Shown: positions 56,898 to 64,000 of the stretch, piece after piece
Position numbering within the stretch: the first letter of the stretch is position 1
Layout: every line of letters begins with the position of its first letter
Assembly (NCBI GenBank): GCA_017432445.1
Contig: JAFRJC010000087.1
Span: forward strand, 18,483 to 82,482
Source: Eggerthellaceae bacterium
GTDB lineage: Bacteria; Actinomycetota; Coriobacteriia; Coriobacteriales; Eggerthellaceae
Reading direction: 5' to 3'
Length of the DNA: 64,000 bases
Position numbers and translations under genes: made by a program
Notes under the pieces: model-generated
Databases searched by the model: none
Told to the model about the DNA's origin: nothing
What the model saw: only the letters and a program-made list of their open reading frames with translations

Positions 56898-56957
56898 CCT
56901 ACCTCTTCCCCTCAGAAACGTGGCAGCTTACTCCGTGTAAAGTGCCACATTTTGCGT

Positions 56958-58010
56958 TTAGCCAATTGAGCCCATGATTCCCACCAGCGGCAACATGACG
57001 GCGATGAGCGTCACGCCGATGGAAATCGTCAGGAAAACAGCTAGCACAGGCTCGACGTGGTCGAGCGATTCGTCGATCTGAAGCACGGCATCGTCGAAGA
57101 ACGTCTGGGAGAGCTGCGCGAGCGTTTCGTCGGCGCTTCCCGCGCGCATTCCCACGTTCAGCATACGGGCGTACAGCGGTTCGAACACGCCGTTCTCGCT
57201 TATGGCCTGGGCGAGGCTGCGTGGGTTGTCCAGATCGACCATGCTGTCGCGGGCAGTCTCCAGGCGCCCGCGCAATTTGGCGTGGTCGACCGTCTTGATG
57301 GCTTTCGTCATGGCCTCCTCGTTGGTCACGCCCGACGACACGAGGGTCGCGAGCGCCGCCGTGAAGCGCGACAACGCCAGCTGGTACATGGCGCGGCTGG
57401 TCATTGGAAGCTTCTCGAACAAGCGCATGACCCGGTTGCGCCCGGTTTCGCTGCGCGACGAGAATGACAGGTACAGCGCTACGGCCGCCACGACTACTGT
57501 GATGACGAGGGCCACCCAGCCTATGGCCGTGGACAGGCCGATGGAGGCGAAGGACTGGGAGGCGAGCGAGCCCGCCATGTTCTCGTAGACGCCGGCGAAA
57601 ACCGGCAGGATGAACAGTACCGTGAACAGCAAGATCAGAGCCATGATCACCAGGAGCGCAGCCGGGTATCCCACCGACGAGCGCAGTTTGGTGAACATGC
57701 GGTCCTCTTCGTCGTAGTAGAGCTCCAGGTTGCGCAATACCTGCTCCAGATGGCCCGACTCTTCGCCGGTCTTGGCCATCTCCACCGCATAGGCGGGGAA
57801 CCCACCCGTGACATCCATCGACTGCCAGAAGGGCTCGCCGGCGACGAGGTGGAGGTACATGTCGTTGCACACTTCCTGGAACCGCGACCGCTCGCGGTTT
57901 TCGGACAACATCAGCACTGCTTCCTCGTTCTGGATGCCTGCCGACAACATCGTCGCCACGCTTCCGCAGAAGGCGGAAATGGCGCTACTCTCAAGCAGTT
58001 TCTGTGCCAT
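56958..58010 (-). CDS. type II secretion system F / PilC-family platform protein
   Basis: 350 aa with two T2SSF halves (FPAYAVEMAKTGEESGHLEQVL and FEPLYARMLNVGMRAGSADETL) and 3 TMs. Confidence 0.85.
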   Translation of the reverse strand: MAQKLLESSAISAFCGSVATMLSAGIQNEEAVLMLSENRERSRFQEVCNDMYLHLVAGEPFWQSMDVTGGFPAYAVEMAKTGEESGHLEQVLRNLELYYDEEDRMFTKLRSSVGYPAALLVIMALILLFTVLFILPVFAGVYENMAGSLASQSFASIGLSTAIGWVALVITVVVAAVALYLSFSSRSETGRNRVMRLFEKLPMTSRAMYQLALSRFTAALATLVSSGVTNEEAMTKAIKTVDHAKLRGRLETARDSMVDLDNPRSLAQAISENGVFEPLYARMLNVGMRAGSADETLAQLSQTFFDDAVLQIDESLDHVEPVLAVFLTISIGVTLIAVMLPLVGIMGSIG

Positions 58011-58055
58011 AGGTACTATCGTTTCCTCTCGGGTCCAAGCTGCTCGACTTATATT

Positions 58056-59036
58056 CTAATACGTATAGCGGTCCGTATAGGCGCTCGCGTCGCCAACATA
58101 TTTCGTCGCCCCAGTCGAGGCGAAAGTCACGTCGCAACGCGACCACGTGTTGGGGTCGACGGTGAACGCCGCGCAATGCCAGGTTCCGTCGATGTAAACC
58201 ATGGTCCACGCGTGGTAGACCTCATCCTTTCCCACGTAGCCTGTCATGATCTTGGCGGGGATGCCCATGGATCGCAGCATCGCCACCGAAAGCGACGCAT
58301 AGTCAAAGCAGATGCCGCGGCCGGTGGTAAGCGTTTCGTCCGGATCGGGCACGTAGCCGCTCTTCTCGGCCAGCTCACGGGCTTTGTCATTGTCATAGGT
58401 GACGTTAGCGGCAACGAATTCGCAGATTGCCTTCACCGCCTCGGCTACGTTACCAGCCTTGCCGGTAAGCTCTCGCGCCTTGTCGACGCAAGCGCTCGAC
58501 GAGTTGTAGTTGCAATACATGTTCGAGATCAGGAAGGGCGCGAACTCGGATTCCAGGACCACGTCGGCCTCCGTTGCATACAGCTCCACGTAGTTGCTGC
58601 CCGATGTGTTCTGCATGATGCGGAACGTGTAATAGCCGTCGCCCATGTTGAGCGGGTAGACGGTTTGGGTGCCGTCGTTCGGCAAGTCGTAGTTGTAAGT
58701 CTGGTCGCCCTGATTCGCCTGGAACTTCAGCCGCGCGCTGCTAGTCGCCCGCGCCACGACGTAGCCGCCACTTACGTGTTCCACGTTGATATCGGGTTCC
58801 TCACTGGAAGCAGGCGAGAGCATGGGCACGATCACGCCGTCGGGCTGAGTGAAGTCGGCTCCGCTCACTTCGTCGCCTCCGCCGCCGAAGGGCAAGCTAA
58901 GCGCTTCGGCTTTCCCCGAGCTACTGGACCCTTCGCTCGAGCCGCTACAAGCTGGTATGAACGCAATGACCAGCGCAACGGAAAAGACTAAAAGCCCCTT
59001 GAGCGCTATAGAAGCTATGCGTCCCCCGCGTTTCAC
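58056..59036 (-). CDS. transglutaminase-like cysteine protease domain lipoprotein
   Basis: Lipobox AFIPAC/SGSS. Transglutaminase core GRGICFDYASLSVAMLRSMGIPAK...YHAWTMVYIDGTW...D (Cys-His-Asp). Confidence 0.8.
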   Translation of the reverse strand: MKRGGRIASIALKGLLVFSVALVIAFIPACSGSSEGSSSSGKAEALSLPFGGGGDEVSGADFTQPDGVIVPMLSPASSEEPDINVEHVSGGYVVARATSSARLKFQANQGDQTYNYDLPNDGTQTVYPLNMGDGYYTFRIMQNTSGSNYVELYATEADVVLESEFAPFLISNMYCNYNSSSACVDKARELTGKAGNVAEAVKAICEFVAANVTYDNDKARELAEKSGYVPDPDETLTTGRGICFDYASLSVAMLRSMGIPAKIMTGYVGKDEVYHAWTMVYIDGTWHCAAFTVDPNTWSRCDVTFASTGATKYVGDASAYTDRYTY

Positions 59037-59222
59037 CGATATCCGTTCTTCACGCGTCCTTCTGGCCGGGCATCATCATTTTGCCCGCAATGCCCTTCAT
59101 TATACAACCTTGCGAATTGGAATTATATGCAAGGTGATGTGGTAGTATTTGGTACGCTGTAAAGATAAACGATACGAAAGCCTCTGGGTTTCTATCGTTT
59201 GCGAATCGAAGGGTTGCTGGGA

Positions 59223-59942
59223 ATGATCGTCGCTTTACACGATGCTATCGCGCTCGTTGACGGCGATGTGCGGTCGGTTGTGCGCGAACGGGCGCAGGCT
59301 GCCGGGTTCGACCAGGTGGAGTTTACTCGCTTCGAAAGCGCCCTCGACCTCGTCGACCAGGTTGCGGACAAGGCCTCCGCACCCCTCGACCTAGTTCTAG
59401 TCCCCTACGAGCTACCAGGGCTTTCGGGAGTCCAGGCCATAGCAGAAGCTCGCAGCGTCCAGCCCGAGTTTTACGCAGTAGCCGTCGACGACGAGCCCGT
59501 TCATGCGGCTGAAGCCGCTCACGAAGGTTTTGAAGAATATCTGGTGCGACCGCTCGTCACTGCTGTTTTCGAGCTTGCCATGACAAGGGCCTTCGCGGCG
59601 CTGCGCGAGCTATACGACTCGTCGGCGCTGATCGAAACACGCAGCGGGGCTCGGCGCATCGCGCTCGACGACGTTACGTACTGCGAGACTTCGGGACATG
59701 ACCAGCTCGTGCATTTGCGCAACGGGCATGCCGTGGCGGGGCGCTACTCTTCTCAGGCGCTGTTCAATCTCTTGGCGGTCGACGACCGGTTCTTCAAGGT
59801 CGGAAGCTCCTATATCGTCAACCTACATGAGGTAAGCCGCTTGCATACGCCTTCGGGCGAGCTCGTACTTGCTGATGGAACACCGATTTCCGTTCCGCAG
59901 CGCCTTAGGAAGAATTTGGAGGAAACCCTGCTCAGCCAATGA
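59223..59942 (+). CDS. LytTR-family DNA-binding regulator with degenerate (pseudo-)receiver domain
   Basis: C-terminal LytTR domain (IALDDVTYCETSGHDQLVHL...FFKVGSSYIVNLHEV). The N-terminal REC-like fold has LDLVLVPYELPG, where a canonical receiver has DLVLLDIxMPG. ORF 59199..59942; the ATG at 59223 is preferred. Confidence 0.8.
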   Translation: MIVALHDAIALVDGDVRSVVRERAQAAGFDQVEFTRFESALDLVDQVADKASAPLDLVLVPYELPGLSGVQAIAEARSVQPEFYAVAVDDEPVHAAEAAHEGFEEYLVRPLVTAVFELAMTRAFAALRELYDSSALIETRSGARRIALDDVTYCETSGHDQLVHLRNGHAVAGRYSSQALFNLLAVDDRFFKVGSSYIVNLHEVSRLHTPSGELVLADGTPISVPQRLRKNLEETLLSQ

Positions 59943-60053
59943 TTTGAGGGATACTAACGAAACGCGAAAATGTGCCGTTTTTCAGCAATTACGACAAGTC
60001 GCGAAGCAACCGTCGCTTTTGGCTTAGGATGCGCATGAAAGCCCGTTCCACGA

Positions 60054-60494
60054 TTGGAACGCTACAGGAGGAACGTGATCGGCATCAATCAAACATACGA
60101 AGCGCAGAAGACGCGTAAACCAGGCCTGAGGACGTTTCTTGCAGCAATTGCCGCCGTCCTGTTGGCGATAACCCTCACATTTGGATTCGGCGCCCTCCAA
60201 AACGACGTTCCGCAGGCATATGCGACGATTTACCCTGCGGGGGAAAGCGCTCAAGTTGACGGTCAGGCAAGCGACGAATCCGCCGCAACCGAGGAGGAAG
60301 CTGCGGAGACCGAGATTCTCGATGACGAAGGAACGCCGCTTTCTTCGGGCCTCGGCGGAGGGGAACCCATTTCGGGTGGCGTAGGCTTCGTTCCTGTCGC
60401 CATCGTCGGCATCGCCGTCGTGGCGTTGTTCTTCCTCGTTCTCATGCGCAGGCTCAATAGCAACATCAAGGATATGAGCCGAATGTTCAAGTAG
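60054..60494 (+). CDS. small secreted acidic protein with adhesin-like C-terminal anchor motif
   Basis: N-terminal TM/signal (AYA/TI), an acidic spacer, then ILDDEGTPLSSG...VPVAIVGIAVVALFFLVLMRR. Start is TTG at 60054 or GTG at 60075 (after AGGAGG). Confidence 0.55.
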   Translation: MERYRRNVIGINQTYEAQKTRKPGLRTFLAAIAAVLLAITLTFGFGALQNDVPQAYATIYPAGESAQVDGQASDESAATEEEAAETEILDDEGTPLSSGLGGGEPISGGVGFVPVAIVGIAVVALFFLVLMRRLNSNIKDMSRMFK

Positions 60495-60596
60495 ACGAAG
60501 GGCTTTTGCGAAAGGCAGCGCGCTTCGTCCGTGCCATTGGCAGCTTTGCAAGGCAAGCGCTTAGGCCATGATCATATGGCAGGGCATGGCGAGTGC

Positions 60597-61730
60597 TTAG
60601 ATCATGCTCATCTGGCCGAGCGTGACAACATACCACTTTTCCCAGCTCGAGCAGTATTTCTGGGCATTTGCGAGCGTGATGGTGTAGCCGTAACCGTCGG
60701 AAAGCCCGCGTACGTGCGTGTCAATCGCCGATTCCCACGAGCTCCACTCCCACGCCAGGCCCACAGGATCTACGTCCGCAGCGCCCCAGCCCCAGGCATT
60801 GTATGACCTCACGCAAAAGCGGCCTTTCGAACTCTCGATGTGTGCAATAGCCGGCGACCATCGCGGATCGACGCAATAGCGCCACGATGCCTGGGCGAAG
60901 GCTCTTCCAAGTCCGGCCATGGGAGACCCCGCAAGGTAGGCATCGATGCGCGGAGCCCATTCCGCCACGAACTCGCCCTCGGTCGCATACCAGTCGGCGC
61001 CATCGGCCACCCCAATTGCAGAGGGATCCTGCGCCAAGCATGCTGAGATTCCCTCATACTGCCGAGCGCTACGCGAATCCTGCGCCTCTCTCAGCGCGCT
61101 TTCAGCTTCGAAAAGACGTTCCTGAAGCTGTTCCTGGCTTTCTTCCAGCCTTTCCTTTTTGGCCTCGAGCTCGGCGCGTTCCTCTATCGTTTTGTTCAGC
61201 TCGCTTAGGCTCCGCTCGGTCACGGCATCGAGATACTCGCTCATCTTGATGAATTCCTCGAGGGAATCTGCCCTTAGCAACATCTCTATCGCCTGGTAGC
61301 CGTTGTTTTGGAGCTCAAATAGATAGCGGGCTGCCTTGTCTGCCTTCTGCTCCTTTTCGGCGATCTGCTCGTTGAGGCGCTTCTCCTTGACGCGGGCAAT
61401 CGTTTCCTCCCAGCCTCTGTCATCAGCAATCTCGAGCGCTTCCTCGTAACGCAGGGTTAGCTCCTCGATCTGAGAGGTGGGCGCCGCAAGGTGTGGCAAG
61501 ATAAGCACACTGTCTGCATACGCCAAACCCGTTTGCGCAGATGCGCAGGCGAAGGAGACAGCAAGGGCTGCAGCTAGCCTTGGAAGCGCGCGCGCACAGC
61601 CGGCACGTCTGCTAGTTGCAAATCGGGTATGAAGGATTGCCCTTTTCAAACGCCCTCCACCGCCTGCATATGCTCTCACGTATCGGCTGGTCTTTCCTGA
61701 ATTATGGCCGTTCAATCCTACTACATCCAT
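60597..61730 (-). CDS. PcsB-like secreted coiled-coil protein with C-terminal putative peptidoglycan hydrolase domain
   Basis: Signal peptide (AVSFACASAQTGLAYA/DS), a ~200-aa heptad-rich region, and a C-terminal ~130 aa with DPRWSPAIAHIESSKG...YNAWGWG. A GGAGG RBS lies before the ATG at 61730. Confidence 0.7.
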   Translation of the reverse strand: MDVVGLNGHNSGKTSRYVRAYAGGGGRLKRAILHTRFATSRRAGCARALPRLAAALAVSFACASAQTGLAYADSVLILPHLAAPTSQIEELTLRYEEALEIADDRGWEETIARVKEKRLNEQIAEKEQKADKAARYLFELQNNGYQAIEMLLRADSLEEFIKMSEYLDAVTERSLSELNKTIEERAELEAKKERLEESQEQLQERLFEAESALREAQDSRSARQYEGISACLAQDPSAIGVADGADWYATEGEFVAEWAPRIDAYLAGSPMAGLGRAFAQASWRYCVDPRWSPAIAHIESSKGRFCVRSYNAWGWGAADVDPVGLAWEWSSWESAIDTHVRGLSDGYGYTITLANAQKYCSSWEKWYVVTLGQMSMI

Positions 61731-61790
61731 GAAATCGAAGCCTCCGTTGGCAAATCGGCTATCGTTTTGCGGTCAAATGCCTCTGATAAG

Positions 61791-61884
61791 CCTGGATTGA
61801 CATCGGCCCGGATGAGCCGAAGAGAGAATATCCGGCTCATTCCAATACGGCTTCTAATCTGCGTTATGACAATCCTGGTTTAAC
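61791..61884 (-). promoter_or_regulatory. conserved leader element, copy B (upstream of the PcsB-like gene)
   Basis: Same two conserved blocks as 53625..53787. Here they are separated by only a 25-nt spacer; a single 10-bp hairpin (GGAAUGAGCCG...CGGCUCAUCC) spans that spacer and the adjacent end of the block at 61833-61884. Confidence 0.45.
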
Positions 61885-61948
61885 ATAGAGACTGAAGAAT
61901 TGGGGCAGCTCTCTGCCTCGGTTTCCAATCACGAGGAATAGCAAGACC

Positions 61949-62803
61949 ATGACGGGAAAGCTGATCATATGCCCAACGCCGATCGGGAACTTGGGCGACA
62001 TGCCGCCACGGGCGCTTGATGCGCTCCGCACCGCCGACACGGTGTGCGCAGAAGACACGCGCGTGACGGGAAAGCTGTTGGCGGCGCTCGGCGTCGGGGG
62101 AAAACGGCTCGAGCGCTTGGACGAGAACGTCATCGGACAGCGCGCGGCGCGCATAGTTGAACGCGTGCGGGAAGGCGAGGTAATAGCCTACTGCACCGAC
62201 GCAGGCATGCCTGGCGTTTCGGATCCTGGTTTGCGCCTGGTCAACGCCGCAAGGGAAGCGAATGTGCCAGTGGAGGTGCTACCAGGGCCCTCTGCCGCGA
62301 CTACCGCCTATGTGGCCAGTGGCTGCGTGGCTCCCGCATACTACTTCGGCGGCTTCTTCCCGCGTAAGAGCGCGCCACGAAACGCGCTTCTGGAGTCGCT
62401 GCGCGCTCTGGACGCCGCGTTGGTTTTCTACGAGAGCCCCAATCGCCTAATTGACGCCCTCAAGAGCATCGAAGCCGCCTATCCGCTTCGCCAGATAGCT
62501 GTTTGCCGCGAGCTGACGAAACTGCACGAAGAGGTGCTTCGCGGCGCTGCGCACGACGTTCGTGAGATCCTGGAAGCACGAGATTCCGTGAAGGGCGAGA
62601 TTGTCGTTGTAATTGACGCACCCAACAACGCAGAGCGCGCCGCTGATGCCGATGTGCGCGCCGCCGATGCCGTGACAAGAGCTGCCGAGCTGCTCGCACA
62701 AGGCGCCCGACCCAAGCAGATAGCCCGCCAGCTCACAGAAGAACTGGGGATTTCGCGCAACGAAGCCTATGCGATAGCAACGGCGGCAGCGAAAGGGGAC
62801 TAG
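61949..62803 (+). CDS. rsmI: 16S rRNA (cytidine1402-2'-O)-methyltransferase
   Basis: GKLIICPTPIGNLGDMPPRALDALRTADTVCAEDTR is the canonical RsmI N-terminus. Confidence 0.9.
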   Translation: MTGKLIICPTPIGNLGDMPPRALDALRTADTVCAEDTRVTGKLLAALGVGGKRLERLDENVIGQRAARIVERVREGEVIAYCTDAGMPGVSDPGLRLVNAAREANVPVEVLPGPSAATTAYVASGCVAPAYYFGGFFPRKSAPRNALLESLRALDAALVFYESPNRLIDALKSIEAAYPLRQIAVCRELTKLHEEVLRGAAHDVREILEARDSVKGEIVVVIDAPNNAERAADADVRAADAVTRAAELLAQGARPKQIARQLTEELGISRNEAYAIATAAAKGD

Positions 62804-62849
62804 GTCGAACGATGCGAGAACCTTTGGGGTCCTTGCTTTGCCCGCAGGC

Positions 62850-64000
62850 CTAAATCGCGTTCATCTGCTCGAGGGTCCGGTTGTACCAAGCCTCCCAATT
62901 CGGGGGGCAGTACTTCTGGGCGGCTTCGATTGTAATCGTGTAACCGTAACCGCGCGCTAGGCCTGCAACGTGCGCGGGAATGGCCTCTTCCCACGAACCC
63001 CAGCTAGCGCTTCCCCAACCCCAGGCGTTGTAGGGATTGAAGCAGTTAGCGCCAAGCGAGCTTTCGGTGAACGCGATGGCGGGCGACCAGCGCGGATCCA
63101 CGCCGTAGTCCCAGGCTGCCTTCGCGAAGGTGGCACCCTGGCCAGACAAGGGCGAGCCCGCTAGATAACCGTCGATGCGGGCCGACCACTCGTTGATGAA
63201 CGCCGCTTGATCGGAGGTCCAGTCGGCGCCGTCTTCGGTAGGCTGCTCTAGCGCGGAGCCAGCTTGCTCTTCTTCGGCTGGCGCAGGCTCCTCTTGGGGG
63301 GCATTCTGGCTCGGCTCGTCTGCAGCCTCAGAAGCCGACCCTTCTTCGGGCTTGTCGGGCTCTTTCTGCTTCTCTGTTTCCTCTGCTTGGGCAGCCTCTT
63401 TTTCGGCGGCATCATCCTGAGCTGCCTTTGCTGCCTCTGCCGCTTCCGCTTCGGCTGCCGCTTGGGCGGCTGCTTCAGCTGCAGCAGCCTCCTCTGCCTG
63501 CCGGCGCGCTTCTTCCTGGGCCCGTTGCTGGGCTTCCAGTCGGGCTTCCTGGGCGGCCACGAGCGCTTCCTTGGCTTTTTTCTCCTGCTTTGCCGCACTG
63601 GAATGGGCTTTTTCCAGGGCAACTTGCCGCGTTTCCAGCTCATCTTGCATGTCGGCAAGCTTCTGTAGCTCTTGACCGTGCGAATCGCTTATACGGGTAA
63701 GGTATTCCAGATTCGCCAGGAAACCGTAGAAATCGTCGCTTTCCAGAAGCATTTGAAGCAAGCCTGCCCCCTGCTGCTGAATCTTGTAGAGCTCGCGCGC
63801 AGCCACGGCTCCCCGCTGCTGCTGCTGTGGGATCTCAGCCGAGAGCTCGTCGATGCGCACGGTGTTCTCCTGAATGTCGGCCTCGGCTTGTGCGAGCTTC
63901 TCGCGTGCCGAGTCGTATTCGGCAGCCGTGCGCTCCACTTCCTGCTGGAACTCGTCGGCGACAGGATACATGTCCAGATCTTCCGCCCAGGCAAACTTGG
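62850..64000 (-). CDS. second PcsB-like coiled-coil / C-terminal hydrolase-domain paralog (5' end outside the window)
   Basis: ORF 62850..63971 stays open in-frame to the window edge (...KFAWAEDLDMYPV). The C-terminus DPRWSPAIAFTESSLG...YNAWGWG...GYGYTITIEAAQKYC parallels that of 60597..61730. Confidence 0.7.
   Translation of the reverse strand, partial: KFAWAEDLDMYPVADEFQQEVERTAAEYDSAREKLAQAEADIQENTVRIDELSAEIPQQQQRGAVAARELYKIQQQGAGLLQMLLESDDFYGFLANLEYLTRISDSHGQELQKLADMQDELETRQVALEKAHSSAAKQEKKAKEALVAAQEARLEAQQRAQEEARRQAEEAAAAEAAAQAAAEAEAAEAAKAAQDDAAEKEAAQAEETEKQKEPDKPEEGSASEAADEPSQNAPQEEPAPAEEEQAGSALEQPTEDGADWTSDQAAFINEWSARIDGYLAGSPLSGQGATFAKAAWDYGVDPRWSPAIAFTESSLGANCFNPYNAWGWGSASWGSWEEAIPAHVAGLARGYGYTITIEAAQKYCPPNWEAWYNRTLEQMNAI

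Noticed and set aside
59099-59127. Two TATAAT hexamers on the minus strand as promoters of the transglutaminase/GspF/PilT operon.
   Set aside because: There are no acceptable -35 or TGn elements at the proper spacing, so they are not listed as features. They are noted only within the LytTR finding.

Overview
High-GC Gram-positive-type chromosomal segment. Gene content (veg, a T-box leader, an IS1249-group IS256-family element) suggests Coriobacteriia or another Actinomycetota lineage, but this is inference only.

The first ~35 kb is ordinary housekeeping and accessory metabolism. It carries alaS, gap, galU, ogg, yigZ-family and a stand-alone trpB2 behind a Trp T-box. It also carries an orphan radical-SAM/SPASM maturase, a Ser/Thr kinase, transporters, several MBL-fold hydrolases and one IS with target-site duplication.

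The second half is the interesting part.
- A 17.5-kb gene (36034..53508, minus) encodes a 5,824-aa surface protein. It has an N-terminal TM/signal, about 7 Listeria-Bacteroides repeats, about 45 tandem MBG-type (YDG..MGL..QF..DG) repeats, a MucBP-like domain and a three-TM C-terminal tail with no LPXTG.
- Directly upstream on the same strand is a tightly coupled operon (53905..59036). It encodes a transglutaminase-like lipoprotein, a GspF/PilC platform, four small single-pass pseudopilin-like proteins and a PilT-type ATPase.
- No PilB-type ATPase, prepilin peptidase or obvious major pilin is present in the window.
- A LytTR regulator with a degenerate receiver domain is divergent from this operon.
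- A 146-aa protein next door shares the adhesin's 'DDEGTxLxxG + TM + basic' C-terminal motif.
- A conserved non-coding leader element is shared by the adhesin gene and a PcsB-like coiled-coil wall-hydrolase gene.

I propose this neighbourhood as a candidate undescribed adhesin display/secretion system. All product calls come from motif recognition by eye; no searches were run.
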